A stretch of 64,000 bases of DNA, from NCBI GenBank assembly GCA_963668645.2, contig CAXXWC010000018.1:192001-256000 (forward strand), given 5' to 3'. Shown in pieces: positions 18,109 through 26,319 of this stretch (positions within the stretch are counted from its first letter, which is position 1; every line of letters begins with the position of its first letter). The translations under genes and the position numbers were made by a program. This stretch comes from Desulfobacterales bacterium. Its GTDB lineage: Bacteria; Desulfobacterota; Desulfobacteria; Desulfobacterales; UBA2174. Below the pieces are notes generated by a model that worked only from the letters and a program-made list of their open reading frames with translations, made no database searches and was not told where the DNA came from.

Positions 18109-19182
18109 ATGATCCGACATGTTTTTGGCGTTCTACGCCGGAGGTGGATTTTTTGGGGCATACTCTTTTTGCCATGCCTGGCATCCGCGGCCGTTGCCGA
18201 GGAAACGCGTGTTTTTTTTACAGGCGGCCCCCATTTTGTCGAAGAAGGTGGCAACTGTACCGTTGCGCTGCAGGCGGTGCCGGCCGTTCCCGTCGCCGGT
18301 ATTCAGGTGGACGTGGTTTTCGATCCGACCCATGTTGAAATCACCGGAGTTCAGGAAGGGGATTTTTTCAAAGGGCAGGGCTACAGCACCTATTTCGTGC
18401 CGGGCACCATCGACAACGATCAGGGGCGGCTGTCCCAGATGGTGGGGGTGATCACGACCCCCGGCGGTGAAACCGGGCAGGCGGGCGTGATCGCCGAGAT
18501 CGCCTTTATGGGCAAAACCGCCGGAACGGCTGCCCTGACAATCGCAGAGCTCGTCATCGGCAACAAAGACGGGGCGGCCGTGGCGGCTTCGGCGGAGGCG
18601 GGAGAAATTCGGATAACGGCTGCGGACGCCGATGACGACGGTATCCCGGACGTGTGGGAAGAGACCCATGGACTGAACAGCGCTTTTGGAGACGACGCCC
18701 TTGAGGACCGTAACGCCGACGGCGAAAGCAACATCAACGAATATAAACGCGAGTTTCTGTCCTGGATCAGCGGCGCTGATCCAGAGTTGGAACGGGCGAA
18801 ATGGGATGTTGGCGGGGACGGGCGGTTGACGCTCGCCGAGGCAGTATGCGCTCTGCAGGCGGCGGCCGGATTGCGGCAGGCAGTGCTTTCCGACGCTGAT
18901 TCGGAAAGCAGCGCGGCCCTGGATGCCGAGGACGCCGATAATGACGGCATGCCGGACGCCTGGGAGACGGACCGTGGTTTGAATCCGCAAAACGCCCAGG
19001 ACGCCCTTGCGGACAGGGATGCGGACGGCGTCAGCAACATCCAGGAGTGCCTGCGGGAAGCCTGGCTGGCCAAGGAAACGACGGGGGCACTTGAGGCCCG
19101 AACGCCATGGGACGTCGGCGGTGATGGTATTATGGGGTTGGCCGAAGCGGTTCAGGCCCTGCAGGTGGCGGTGGCGAACTAG
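18109..19182 (+). CDS. Adaptor H: cohesin (same type as in A and C) plus two [Ca-binding repeat + host-type dockerin half] units
   Basis: VAGIQVDVVFDP..VQEGDF..TYFVPGTIDNDQGRL..ITTPG; DADDDGIPDVWE and DADNDGMPDAWE; WDVGGDG...LAEAV.ALQ twice. Confidence 0.8.
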   Translation: MIRHVFGVLRRRWIFWGILFLPCLASAAVAEETRVFFTGGPHFVEEGGNCTVALQAVPAVPVAGIQVDVVFDPTHVEITGVQEGDFFKGQGYSTYFVPGTIDNDQGRLSQMVGVITTPGGETGQAGVIAEIAFMGKTAGTAALTIAELVIGNKDGAAVAASAEAGEIRITAADADDDGIPDVWEETHGLNSAFGDDALEDRNADGESNINEYKREFLSWISGADPELERAKWDVGGDGRLTLAEAVCALQAAAGLRQAVLSDADSESSAALDAEDADNDGMPDAWETDRGLNPQNAQDALADRDADGVSNIQECLREAWLAKETTGALEARTPWDVGGDGIMGLAEAVQALQVAVAN

Positions 19183-19184
19183 GG

Positions 19185-19363
19185 AGTTTCCATCCAGAAA
19201 TGGCCCTTTTCCGCAATCTCGGTCTCAGACCGCGGAGTTTCTTGTGCGGCGTACTACCCGTACGCCTCCGCGCAACTCCTTGTCTTCCTTGATCTTGCGA
19301 AAAATTGCTCATTTCTGAATCGGAAACTCACCGGTGCCCGGTTCCCATTTCTGGATGGGCACT
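19185..19363. mobile_element. MITE-like element inside the operon
   Basis: Terminal inverted repeats AGTTTCCATCCAGAAATGG and CCATTTCTGGATGGGCACT, plus an inner right end at 19310-19328; ACTAGGGAG occurs at both junctions. Confidence 0.7.
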
Positions 19364-19375
19364 AGGGAGGACAAC

Positions 19376-20809
19376 GTGAAGCGATGCTTTTCAAAATCAA
19401 AAACAACGGCCTGGAGCGTAGCAATCCTTTTCGGGCTGTTGGCTGCCGGGGGGGCCGTTGCCGCTGACTGGCCCCAGTTTCAAAACGGTGCCACAAGACC
19501 CGGCATCACCTACGATGCCGCCCCTGTTACGGCGCCGGCAGTACGCTGGAAAACCTTTACCCATTACCACTATACCCACGGCATCGACGTGCCGGCGGTC
19601 ATCGCCAACGGCCGGGCCTTTGTCATTGATGTGGACGAATACGCCTGGGCCTTCAATGCGGACAACGGGGCCATGATGTGGTCCGTGCCGCTGACCGAAG
19701 GGAACCGCTTCACCCTGGCCACGCCGGCTTACGGCGACGGCAAGATTTTTTTCGCCACCTCCACCGGCTGGATCTACGCCCTGGCGGAAGAGGATGGCAC
19801 GGTGCTGTGGAGCGGCAAGCTGACTCAAGGGGCGTATCAGGAAGAGGAGCTTTCCACGCAGATCGCTTATGACGACGGGCGGGTTTACGTCGGCAGTTGG
19901 GAAGGCGTTTACTACGCCCTGGACGCCATGGGAGACGGCGGCGGCCAGCCGAAGATTTTGTTTTCTTACGAAATCTCGGAGGGCGGCTACGATTGGTGGT
20001 CCGGCCCTACCGTGGTCGGTCCATATCTGCTGTTCGGCGACACCCGGTCGCATATGGTCTGCCTGGACAAGGTGACCGGTGAGAAGACGGCGGAATTCGA
20101 CGCCGGGCAGTATTTCGGAGTGGATGCAGGCTCCATCCGCTCGGCAGCGACCTACGACGCGGGCAACGGCCGCATCTATTTCACCTCCAAAAACGGCTAT
20201 CTTTTTGCCGTCGGCTTCGATCGGGGCGTTGGGCAGTTCGACGGGGCCAGCGGCTGGGTCGTCCCGGCGGGAAGTTACAGCGCTTCGACGCCAACTTTCC
20301 ACGACGGGCGGATCTATGTCTGCACCGGGAGTTTTCAAAAAACCGGCGGTTTGAGCTGCCACGGGGCGGCCGATGGCGGGGTGATCTGGCAGCACGCCTT
20401 CGACGGTTACGGCTCCGAAGGCGCACCGGCCATATCCGTGCAAAACGGGGAGGCCTACATCTTCATTTCCACGGATACGGGCGCGGGAACTTTTTACTGC
20501 TTCGACAAAGACGGCAACATCCGATGGTCCCACGTGCCGGACCATCCTGAATACATACTCCAGGGGGCCGCCATCTGGGACGGCAAGGTCTACTTCACCA
20601 ACGATGCGGGCTATATCTACTGTATGGGGGATCCCCTGGAAGCCGACGTGAATCGGGACGGGGCGGTGAACGTGCTCGACATGATCCGCCTCGGACAGCA
20701 TTGGAACCAAACCGGTGTGCCGGGATGGATCACCGAGGACGTCAACGCCGACGGCGTCGTTAATATCCTCGATATGATTGTGGTGGGGCAGAACTGGTCA
20801 GGGAGCTGA
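19376..20809 (+). CDS. Protein I: secreted PQQ-like beta-propeller with C-terminal dockerin
   Basis: RBS GGAGG before GTG 19376; ADWPQFQ; propeller blades; DVNRDGAVNVLDMIRLGQHW...EDVNADGVVNILDMIVVGQNW. Confidence 0.85.
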   Translation: MKRCFSKSKTTAWSVAILFGLLAAGGAVAADWPQFQNGATRPGITYDAAPVTAPAVRWKTFTHYHYTHGIDVPAVIANGRAFVIDVDEYAWAFNADNGAMMWSVPLTEGNRFTLATPAYGDGKIFFATSTGWIYALAEEDGTVLWSGKLTQGAYQEEELSTQIAYDDGRVYVGSWEGVYYALDAMGDGGGQPKILFSYEISEGGYDWWSGPTVVGPYLLFGDTRSHMVCLDKVTGEKTAEFDAGQYFGVDAGSIRSAATYDAGNGRIYFTSKNGYLFAVGFDRGVGQFDGASGWVVPAGSYSASTPTFHDGRIYVCTGSFQKTGGLSCHGAADGGVIWQHAFDGYGSEGAPAISVQNGEAYIFISTDTGAGTFYCFDKDGNIRWSHVPDHPEYILQGAAIWDGKVYFTNDAGYIYCMGDPLEADVNRDGAVNVLDMIRLGQHWNQTGVPGWITEDVNADGVVNILDMIVVGQNWSGS

Positions 20810-20864
20810 AACAATCTCAAAACCGAAAGCCCAGTGAAGAATCGATGATTTTAATGTTGCGACG

Positions 20865-22268
20865 ATGAAAAAAATAAAAACGATTTGGATCTGTCGGGCC
20901 GTTGTGCTGCTGGCCGGGCTATTGGCCGCCGGCGCCGCCGGCGCGGAAGACTGGCCCCAGTTCCAGTGCACGGCGGCGCGAAAGGGATGGACGACGGATT
21001 CGGCGCCCGTATTACGCCCGGTCCTCAAATGGCGGCGCTATGTAGACGGGTGCGGCGTCGGCATTGAATCGCCGCCGGTGGTCTGGAACGATCGGGTGTA
21101 TGTGATCGCCTGCAGCACCATCCTGGCTCTTAACGCGGCCACCGGACAGGAGGTGTGGCGGGCCGACATCTCCGGTCACGGCAGCCTGCAGTCGGGCACG
21201 CCGGCAGTGGGCGGCGGCATGCTGTTTGTCGTGACCTTCGACGGGTATGTCATGGCCTTGGATGCTGCCGGTGGAGATTTGCGCTGGTCCCGCAAGGTGG
21301 CCGCGCTGAATTTTCAATGTCCTTTGACCTATCACCAGGGGCGTCTGTATGTCGGGGAGGGCGGCACCGGCGGGACTCTCAACCGCTACTTCTGCCTGGA
21401 TGCAGCCGACGGCGACACGCTATGGGAATATGCGGCTCAAACCGCCGGGTACCTCTGGTGCGGCGCCTCCGTTGCCGGTGATTTTCTGGTGTTCGGCAAT
21501 GTCAACGGGGTGCTTACCGCCTTGCACCTGGCCGACGGCACGGCGGCCGACGTCCTCGACTTCCACGACCTTGGCATCGAGCCCGGGCGGATCCGGGCTT
21601 CGGTAAGCTTCTTCGACGGTTTTGTATACACAACCTCCGAAGCCGGCGCCGCGGCCGGCTATGTCTACAAGGTCCCCTTCGACACCGTAAGCGGGACGTT
21701 CGGCGATCCGACCTGGATGACGCCTTTCGGCTTCAGCACGTCCACGCCGGTCAAATACGGGGACCGGATCTACGTAGGGCAGGGCGAACACGGCTTCCCG
21801 GGACGACTGGTCTGCCTGAATGATGCCGACGGGTCGATTCTCTGGGACTATGCCGTTTACAGGGGGGTGAAGTCGTCGCCCGCCCTTTCGGCGACGCCGG
21901 CAGGGCTTCACATCTACTTTGTGCCGGCACAAGACGACGGAGCGATGACCTGCTTAACGGAAAACGGGAATTTGGCCTGGTCCTGGAACCCACCGGAAGA
22001 CGACGGCTATATTCTGCAAGGGGCGGCCCTGTCCGAAGGCCGGCTTTTTTTCGGCACAGGCAGCGGGAATCTCTTCTGCCTGGTCGAAGCTGCAACGGCC
22101 GACATCAACGGCGATGGCGGCGTGGACGTGCTCGACATGATTCGCCTTGGACAGCAATGGAACCAAACCGGTGCACCGGGGTGGATTGCTGAAGACATCA
22201 ACACGGACGGCATCGTGAATATCCTGGATATGATCATCGTGGGGCAGAACTGGTCGGGGCGCTTATGA
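20865..22268 (+). CDS. Protein J: secreted PQQ-like beta-propeller with C-terminal dockerin
   Basis: Signal peptide; EDWPQFQ; propeller blades; DINGDGGVDVLDMIRLGQQW...EDINTDGIVNILDMIIVGQNW. Confidence 0.85.
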   Translation: MKKIKTIWICRAVVLLAGLLAAGAAGAEDWPQFQCTAARKGWTTDSAPVLRPVLKWRRYVDGCGVGIESPPVVWNDRVYVIACSTILALNAATGQEVWRADISGHGSLQSGTPAVGGGMLFVVTFDGYVMALDAAGGDLRWSRKVAALNFQCPLTYHQGRLYVGEGGTGGTLNRYFCLDAADGDTLWEYAAQTAGYLWCGASVAGDFLVFGNVNGVLTALHLADGTAADVLDFHDLGIEPGRIRASVSFFDGFVYTTSEAGAAAGYVYKVPFDTVSGTFGDPTWMTPFGFSTSTPVKYGDRIYVGQGEHGFPGRLVCLNDADGSILWDYAVYRGVKSSPALSATPAGLHIYFVPAQDDGAMTCLTENGNLAWSWNPPEDDGYILQGAALSEGRLFFGTGSGNLFCLVEAATADINGDGGVDVLDMIRLGQQWNQTGAPGWIAEDINTDGIVNILDMIIVGQNWSGRL

Positions 22269-22399
22269 CCAAAGGACGGAGTCCGGAGTACGGAGGGCAG
22301 AGGATAAGATGGCGGCGCCGGCCGGCGCAGAGCGCATCTTTTTTTTTTCATACATTCATGACCCAATATCCCTGTAAAACGCAGAATTCAATTGCGGCG

Positions 22400-24415
22400 A
22401 TGTTGCGGCTCGTGCTGCTGGCAGCCCTGCTGCTGGCGATCGGTGTCCCCATCAGCCATGCTGAGAACGGGCAGGAAAGGGGCGGCTCATATTCGGATGC
22501 CGCGGATAGCTCCACGAAAGAATCCACCGATGACCCGATAGTCCTCGACGAAGTCGTCGTCAAGGGCGTCAAGATCAAAGAGTCCACCGGGGTAAGCGTC
22601 ATCAGCCGCGAGGACATCGAAAACAAGCAGAAAAACACCGTTATCGAGCTATTGCGGGACATTCCCGGCATCGACGTGGTGCAGACCGGCGGGCCCGGTA
22701 AATCCGCCCACGTCTATATCCGCGGCGCCAATCCCGAGCACACCCTGGTGTTGATCGACGGCGTGGAAGTCAGCGACCCCATGTCGCCGGCAAGATCGTT
22801 CGACTTCGGCTATCTGGGTACCGACGGCATTGACACCATCGAGATCCTGCGAGGAGCGCAGTCTCCGCTTTATGGGGCAAACGCCATGGGCGGCGTTATC
22901 AACATCACCACCCGAAAAAACAAGGGGCCTATCTCCGGGTTCGTTTCCAGCGAGGGCGGCTCGCTCGATAGCCGCAAGATCGCCGGCGCCGTCGGTGGAC
23001 GCATAGGATGGTTCAACGTCTCCGTAAACGGTTCCCACGCGGGTAGCGACGGTGTGTCGGCCGCCAACCGGGAAAGGCAGCAAAAAGGCGGAGGGCACGG
23101 CTTCATGGGCGAGGGCAGTACGGAAACCGAAATCCCCGAGCCGGACGGCTTCACCGACAACTCCTATTCGGCGAGGGTGGAATTCATGCCGATGGAGATG
23201 TGGAAGATCGAAGGCTTTTATCTGTGCAACGACTACGCCGGCGATCTGGACGACCATGCCGGCGCCGGTGGTGAAGATCCCAATTACGACATGGATATGA
23301 ATCACCGGCTATACAAGCTGGCCGGATCGCTACGCCTGTTCGGCGACCGCTGGGAGCAGACGCTGTCCCACGGGGTCTCCGAGACGGTGCGCACTTACGA
23401 AAACAAGGCCGATCCCCTGCATCACCTGAGCGAGGACTACGGCAGCGTCTATGATGGAAGCATCAGCCAGGACAAGTGGCACCATCACTTTGAGATTTTC
23501 CGGTGGGCCGAAGTTGATGTCGGTATCGAGGAGAAAAAAGAGCTTGGCGACTACAGCTACTACTCGGACAGCCACTGGGGACGATATAACTATCAATTCC
23601 CGCTTCGCACGGCGAGCACCACCAGCTACTACGGCAGTGCAAGGATCGAGTTCGGCGAGCGGTTTTCCGTCACCGGCGGCCTTCGCCGGGACGATCACAG
23701 CATGTTCGATTCCGAAACCACCGGACGTATTGAGACGCTCTGGATATGTCCCGGCGTCGAGACTTTTTTAAAGGCTTCCTACGGGACAGCATGGAAGATC
23801 CCATCGCTTTTTCAGCTCTATTCCCTGTGGGGCAACGAAGACTTGAAGCCCGAAGAGAGCACTAGTTGGGATATCGGCGTCGAGCAGGCCCTGTTCGAAG
23901 GCCGGCTCCGGGCGGGCGTGACCTGGTTCCGGAACGACTTTGTCGATCTGATTGACTACAACTATTGGAAGGGATACGTCAATGTGGAAGGCGCCCGGAC
24001 GGAAGGTGCCGAGATTTTCCTGCGGCTGGAATTATTGGATGATTTGACGCTCAGCGTAAATTACACTCACACCGAGACCGAGGACAAAACCACGGGGGAA
24101 AAGCTGCTGCGGCGTCCCCGGACCAAATACAGCGCCAATCTCAACTACGCTTTCACTCCCGGCCGTTTTTTTCACCAGGCGAACTTTAACCTAAATTACC
24201 GGTATGTGGGGGAACGGGAGGACTGGGTCCCATGGCCCCGGCGGGGCGTGGTGGAATCCTACTCGGTCGTGGACGTGGCACTGCATGTGGACATCAACGA
24301 CCGACTGCGGCTGTTCGGCCGCATCGAAAACCTGTTGGATGATGAATACCAGGAGGTCTGGGGTTTCGGTGTGCAAAGGCGGTTTTTCGCTGCTGGCCTG
24401 CGGGTCAGCTTCTAA
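22400..24415 (+). CDS. btuB: TonB-dependent receptor, BtuB-like cobalamin transporter
   Basis: TonB box LDEVVV; plug PGIDVVQTGGPG..VYIRGANPEHTLVLIDGV; IEILRGAQSPLYGANAMGGVINITT; terminal Phe; downstream of a B12 riboswitch. Start uncertain (frame open from 22265). Confidence 0.8.
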   Translation: MLRLVLLAALLLAIGVPISHAENGQERGGSYSDAADSSTKESTDDPIVLDEVVVKGVKIKESTGVSVISREDIENKQKNTVIELLRDIPGIDVVQTGGPGKSAHVYIRGANPEHTLVLIDGVEVSDPMSPARSFDFGYLGTDGIDTIEILRGAQSPLYGANAMGGVINITTRKNKGPISGFVSSEGGSLDSRKIAGAVGGRIGWFNVSVNGSHAGSDGVSAANRERQQKGGGHGFMGEGSTETEIPEPDGFTDNSYSARVEFMPMEMWKIEGFYLCNDYAGDLDDHAGAGGEDPNYDMDMNHRLYKLAGSLRLFGDRWEQTLSHGVSETVRTYENKADPLHHLSEDYGSVYDGSISQDKWHHHFEIFRWAEVDVGIEEKKELGDYSYYSDSHWGRYNYQFPLRTASTTSYYGSARIEFGERFSVTGGLRRDDHSMFDSETTGRIETLWICPGVETFLKASYGTAWKIPSLFQLYSLWGNEDLKPEESTSWDIGVEQALFEGRLRAGVTWFRNDFVDLIDYNYWKGYVNVEGARTEGAEIFLRLELLDDLTLSVNYTHTETEDKTTGEKLLRRPRTKYSANLNYAFTPGRFFHQANFNLNYRYVGEREDWVPWPRRGVVESYSVVDVALHVDINDRLRLFGRIENLLDDEYQEVWGFGVQRRFFAAGLRVSF

Positions 24416-24429
24416 CTTGGGGATCTTTT

Positions 24430-24672
24430 TTTGACAACAACGAACAGCAAAGATTGGAAAAGGCGCTGGAACTCAACAAGCCGCTGGCGACGGCCTACTA
24501 TATGAAAGAAGACTTGAGGCGGCTTTGGAGTCAGAGCGACAAGAAAGCCGCCTACCACTTTCTCATCGACTGGATCTGGCGTGCAGGCACCTCCGGGATC
24601 GATATGCTTTTTCGTTTTGCTCGTACCCTGGCAACCCATATGGACGGCATCCTTGCCTACTACGATTATCCG
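24430..24672 (+). pseudogene. ISL3-family transposase fragment
   Basis: LEKALELNKPLATAYYMKEDLRRLW...FARTLATHMDGILAYYDYP; similarity stops before the expected GPLEG.NNKIK motif. Confidence 0.8.
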
Positions 24673-24698
24673 GCTTGCCTATCGGGTCAAGTCGGATG
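24669..24698. repeat. Right copy of the palindromic direct repeat
   Basis: TCCGGCTTG-cctat-CGGGTCAAGTCGGATG, matching 634-664. Confidence 0.8.
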
Positions 24699-24850
24699 AT
24701 AGGGGCTTTACCCGGGCAAAATTCAGTAGTAAGGATAAAATTTCCGGACGGGGCCAGGCATGGGCGAATTTCTGAATGCCGCTTGCGGGGCTGCCTTGGG
24801 CGGATCAATTCCCTGTTTCACACTTCTTGGTGGTTTTGCAGGCAATCGAC

Positions 24851-25381
24851 GTGACAGCGGTTTATTCAAAACCCCATCGGTTTAAATTTCGGCCTCTGCT
24901 CTGGGGCACTATCCTGGCATCCATTCTCTGGTCGGGCTCGGCCTTGGTTCCGGCGTTGGGCGCTGCGACCGAAATCCACATCGATGCACAGACGGTATCG
25001 CCCGGCCAGACGATCAAGGTTCCCATCGTGATCGACAGGGTCGAAGACCTGGCGGGGGTTAAGATCGTGTTGCAGTATGATCCCGGCCAGCTCCGGTATC
25101 GCGCCACGGCCCGGGCCGCGGCGGCTTCGCAGATGATGCACGTGGTCAACGACAAGCGGCCCGGCACCCTGATCATCGTGATGGCCGGGGCGACTGGCAT
25201 CCGAGGCGAGAACCTGGCGCTGTTTTCCATCACTTTCAATGTGGCCGCCGAGCTGCCCGCGAAGACCCAGATCACCCTGCGCATTGCCGAAAGCCAGTTG
25301 ATGAGTGCGCAGCTCAAGGACATTGCCCATGCGGTGGCGGTATCACCGTTCAGGGTCAAAAAGACGGCCCAGCCGCAATGA
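24851..25381 (+). CDS. Single-cohesin secreted or membrane-tethered protein
   Basis: Hydrophobic N-terminus, then VSPGQTIKVPIVIDRVEDLAGVKIVLQYDP...GTLIIVMAGATGIRG..LFSITF. Start uncertain (frame open from 24776). Confidence 0.75.
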   Translation: MTAVYSKPHRFKFRPLLWGTILASILWSGSALVPALGAATEIHIDAQTVSPGQTIKVPIVIDRVEDLAGVKIVLQYDPGQLRYRATARAAAASQMMHVVNDKRPGTLIIVMAGATGIRGENLALFSITFNVAAELPAKTQITLRIAESQLMSAQLKDIAHAVAVSPFRVKKTAQPQ

Positions 25382-25460
25382 ACCCCTTGCGGAAAATGCG
25401 TTCACAAGGAACCGTCGCTTTACGGCGGTTGCTGATTATCCGGACCTTCCCCTTGCCGCG

Positions 25461-26315
25461 ATGAAGCAACGGTCTTTATATTTTCTCTACCTGGTGGCGG
25501 TAACGGTCGTCTGGCTCTACGTGCAGTTTCCGGCCCGTGCCATCCAGGCCTATGTCGTTCAAAAGGCCGCGGCCCTGACACCCGGCCTGAGCATGGCGGT
25601 GGAGGCGGTCAACCTCAGTTTTCCGCTGGGGGTTCGTTTCGATGAGGTCGCCTTGAGTTATCAGGGGGCCCCGGCCCTGAATCTTGACTGGCTGGAACTG
25701 CACCCGGGATGGAAAAGCCTGATGCCCGGCCAGGCCGCCTTCGCCTTTCAAAGCGCCCTTGGGGAAGGCAAGGTCCTGGGGCGTATCGAAATGGTCCGGG
25801 GGCCGGATTGGAAGCCGAAATTTTTGCACTTCGACCTTGAGGCGGTTTCAGTGGCCGATCTGCCGATTCTGGCGCAGCAGACCGGCCGGAAAATCACCGG
25901 GATATGCAGCGGGGAGATAGTCTGCGGACCGGATGATGCCGCCGCTGAGGCCAAAGCCCATCTGGTGCTGGAGAACGGCCGCGTCGAGATTCGCCAGCCG
26001 GTGATCAAGCGCGAGAGCCTGGAGTTTGCCAGAGTCGATGCGCAGATTGAAGTGCAAAGATGGTCCGTGGCCCTGCGGCGTATCGTCTGGCAGGGACCCG
26101 AGATCGACGGGGAGTTTTCCGGCACCATCGAGATCAAGTCGCCCCTGGAGACCAGCCGGATCGAGATCCGCGGCGATCTGCGGCCCCATGCGGGATTTTT
26201 GACCGAACTGGGCCAGACCATTCCGGAACGGCTGCTCCCCAAACCCGGTCCGGGCGGCCGCTACGCGGTGCAACTGGCCGGAACCGTGGCCAAACCCCAC
26301 TATCGATGGCGTTAA
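25461..26315 (+). CDS. gspN: Type II secretion protein GspN (deltaproteobacterial type)
   Basis: N-terminal TM ending LYVQFP, beta-rich body, C-terminal LAGTVAKP; directly upstream of gspC. Confidence 0.7.
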   Translation: MKQRSLYFLYLVAVTVVWLYVQFPARAIQAYVVQKAAALTPGLSMAVEAVNLSFPLGVRFDEVALSYQGAPALNLDWLELHPGWKSLMPGQAAFAFQSALGEGKVLGRIEMVRGPDWKPKFLHFDLEAVSVADLPILAQQTGRKITGICSGEIVCGPDDAAAEAKAHLVLENGRVEIRQPVIKRESLEFARVDAQIEVQRWSVALRRIVWQGPEIDGEFSGTIEIKSPLETSRIEIRGDLRPHAGFLTELGQTIPERLLPKPGPGGRYAVQLAGTVAKPHYRWR

Positions 26316-26319
26316 AGCG

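Noticed and set aside
13731..22268. PQQ-dependent dehydrogenases or BamB
   Set aside because: The propellers are shorter than quinoprotein dehydrogenases, lack an obvious lipobox and carry dockerins; only the repeat fold is supported.
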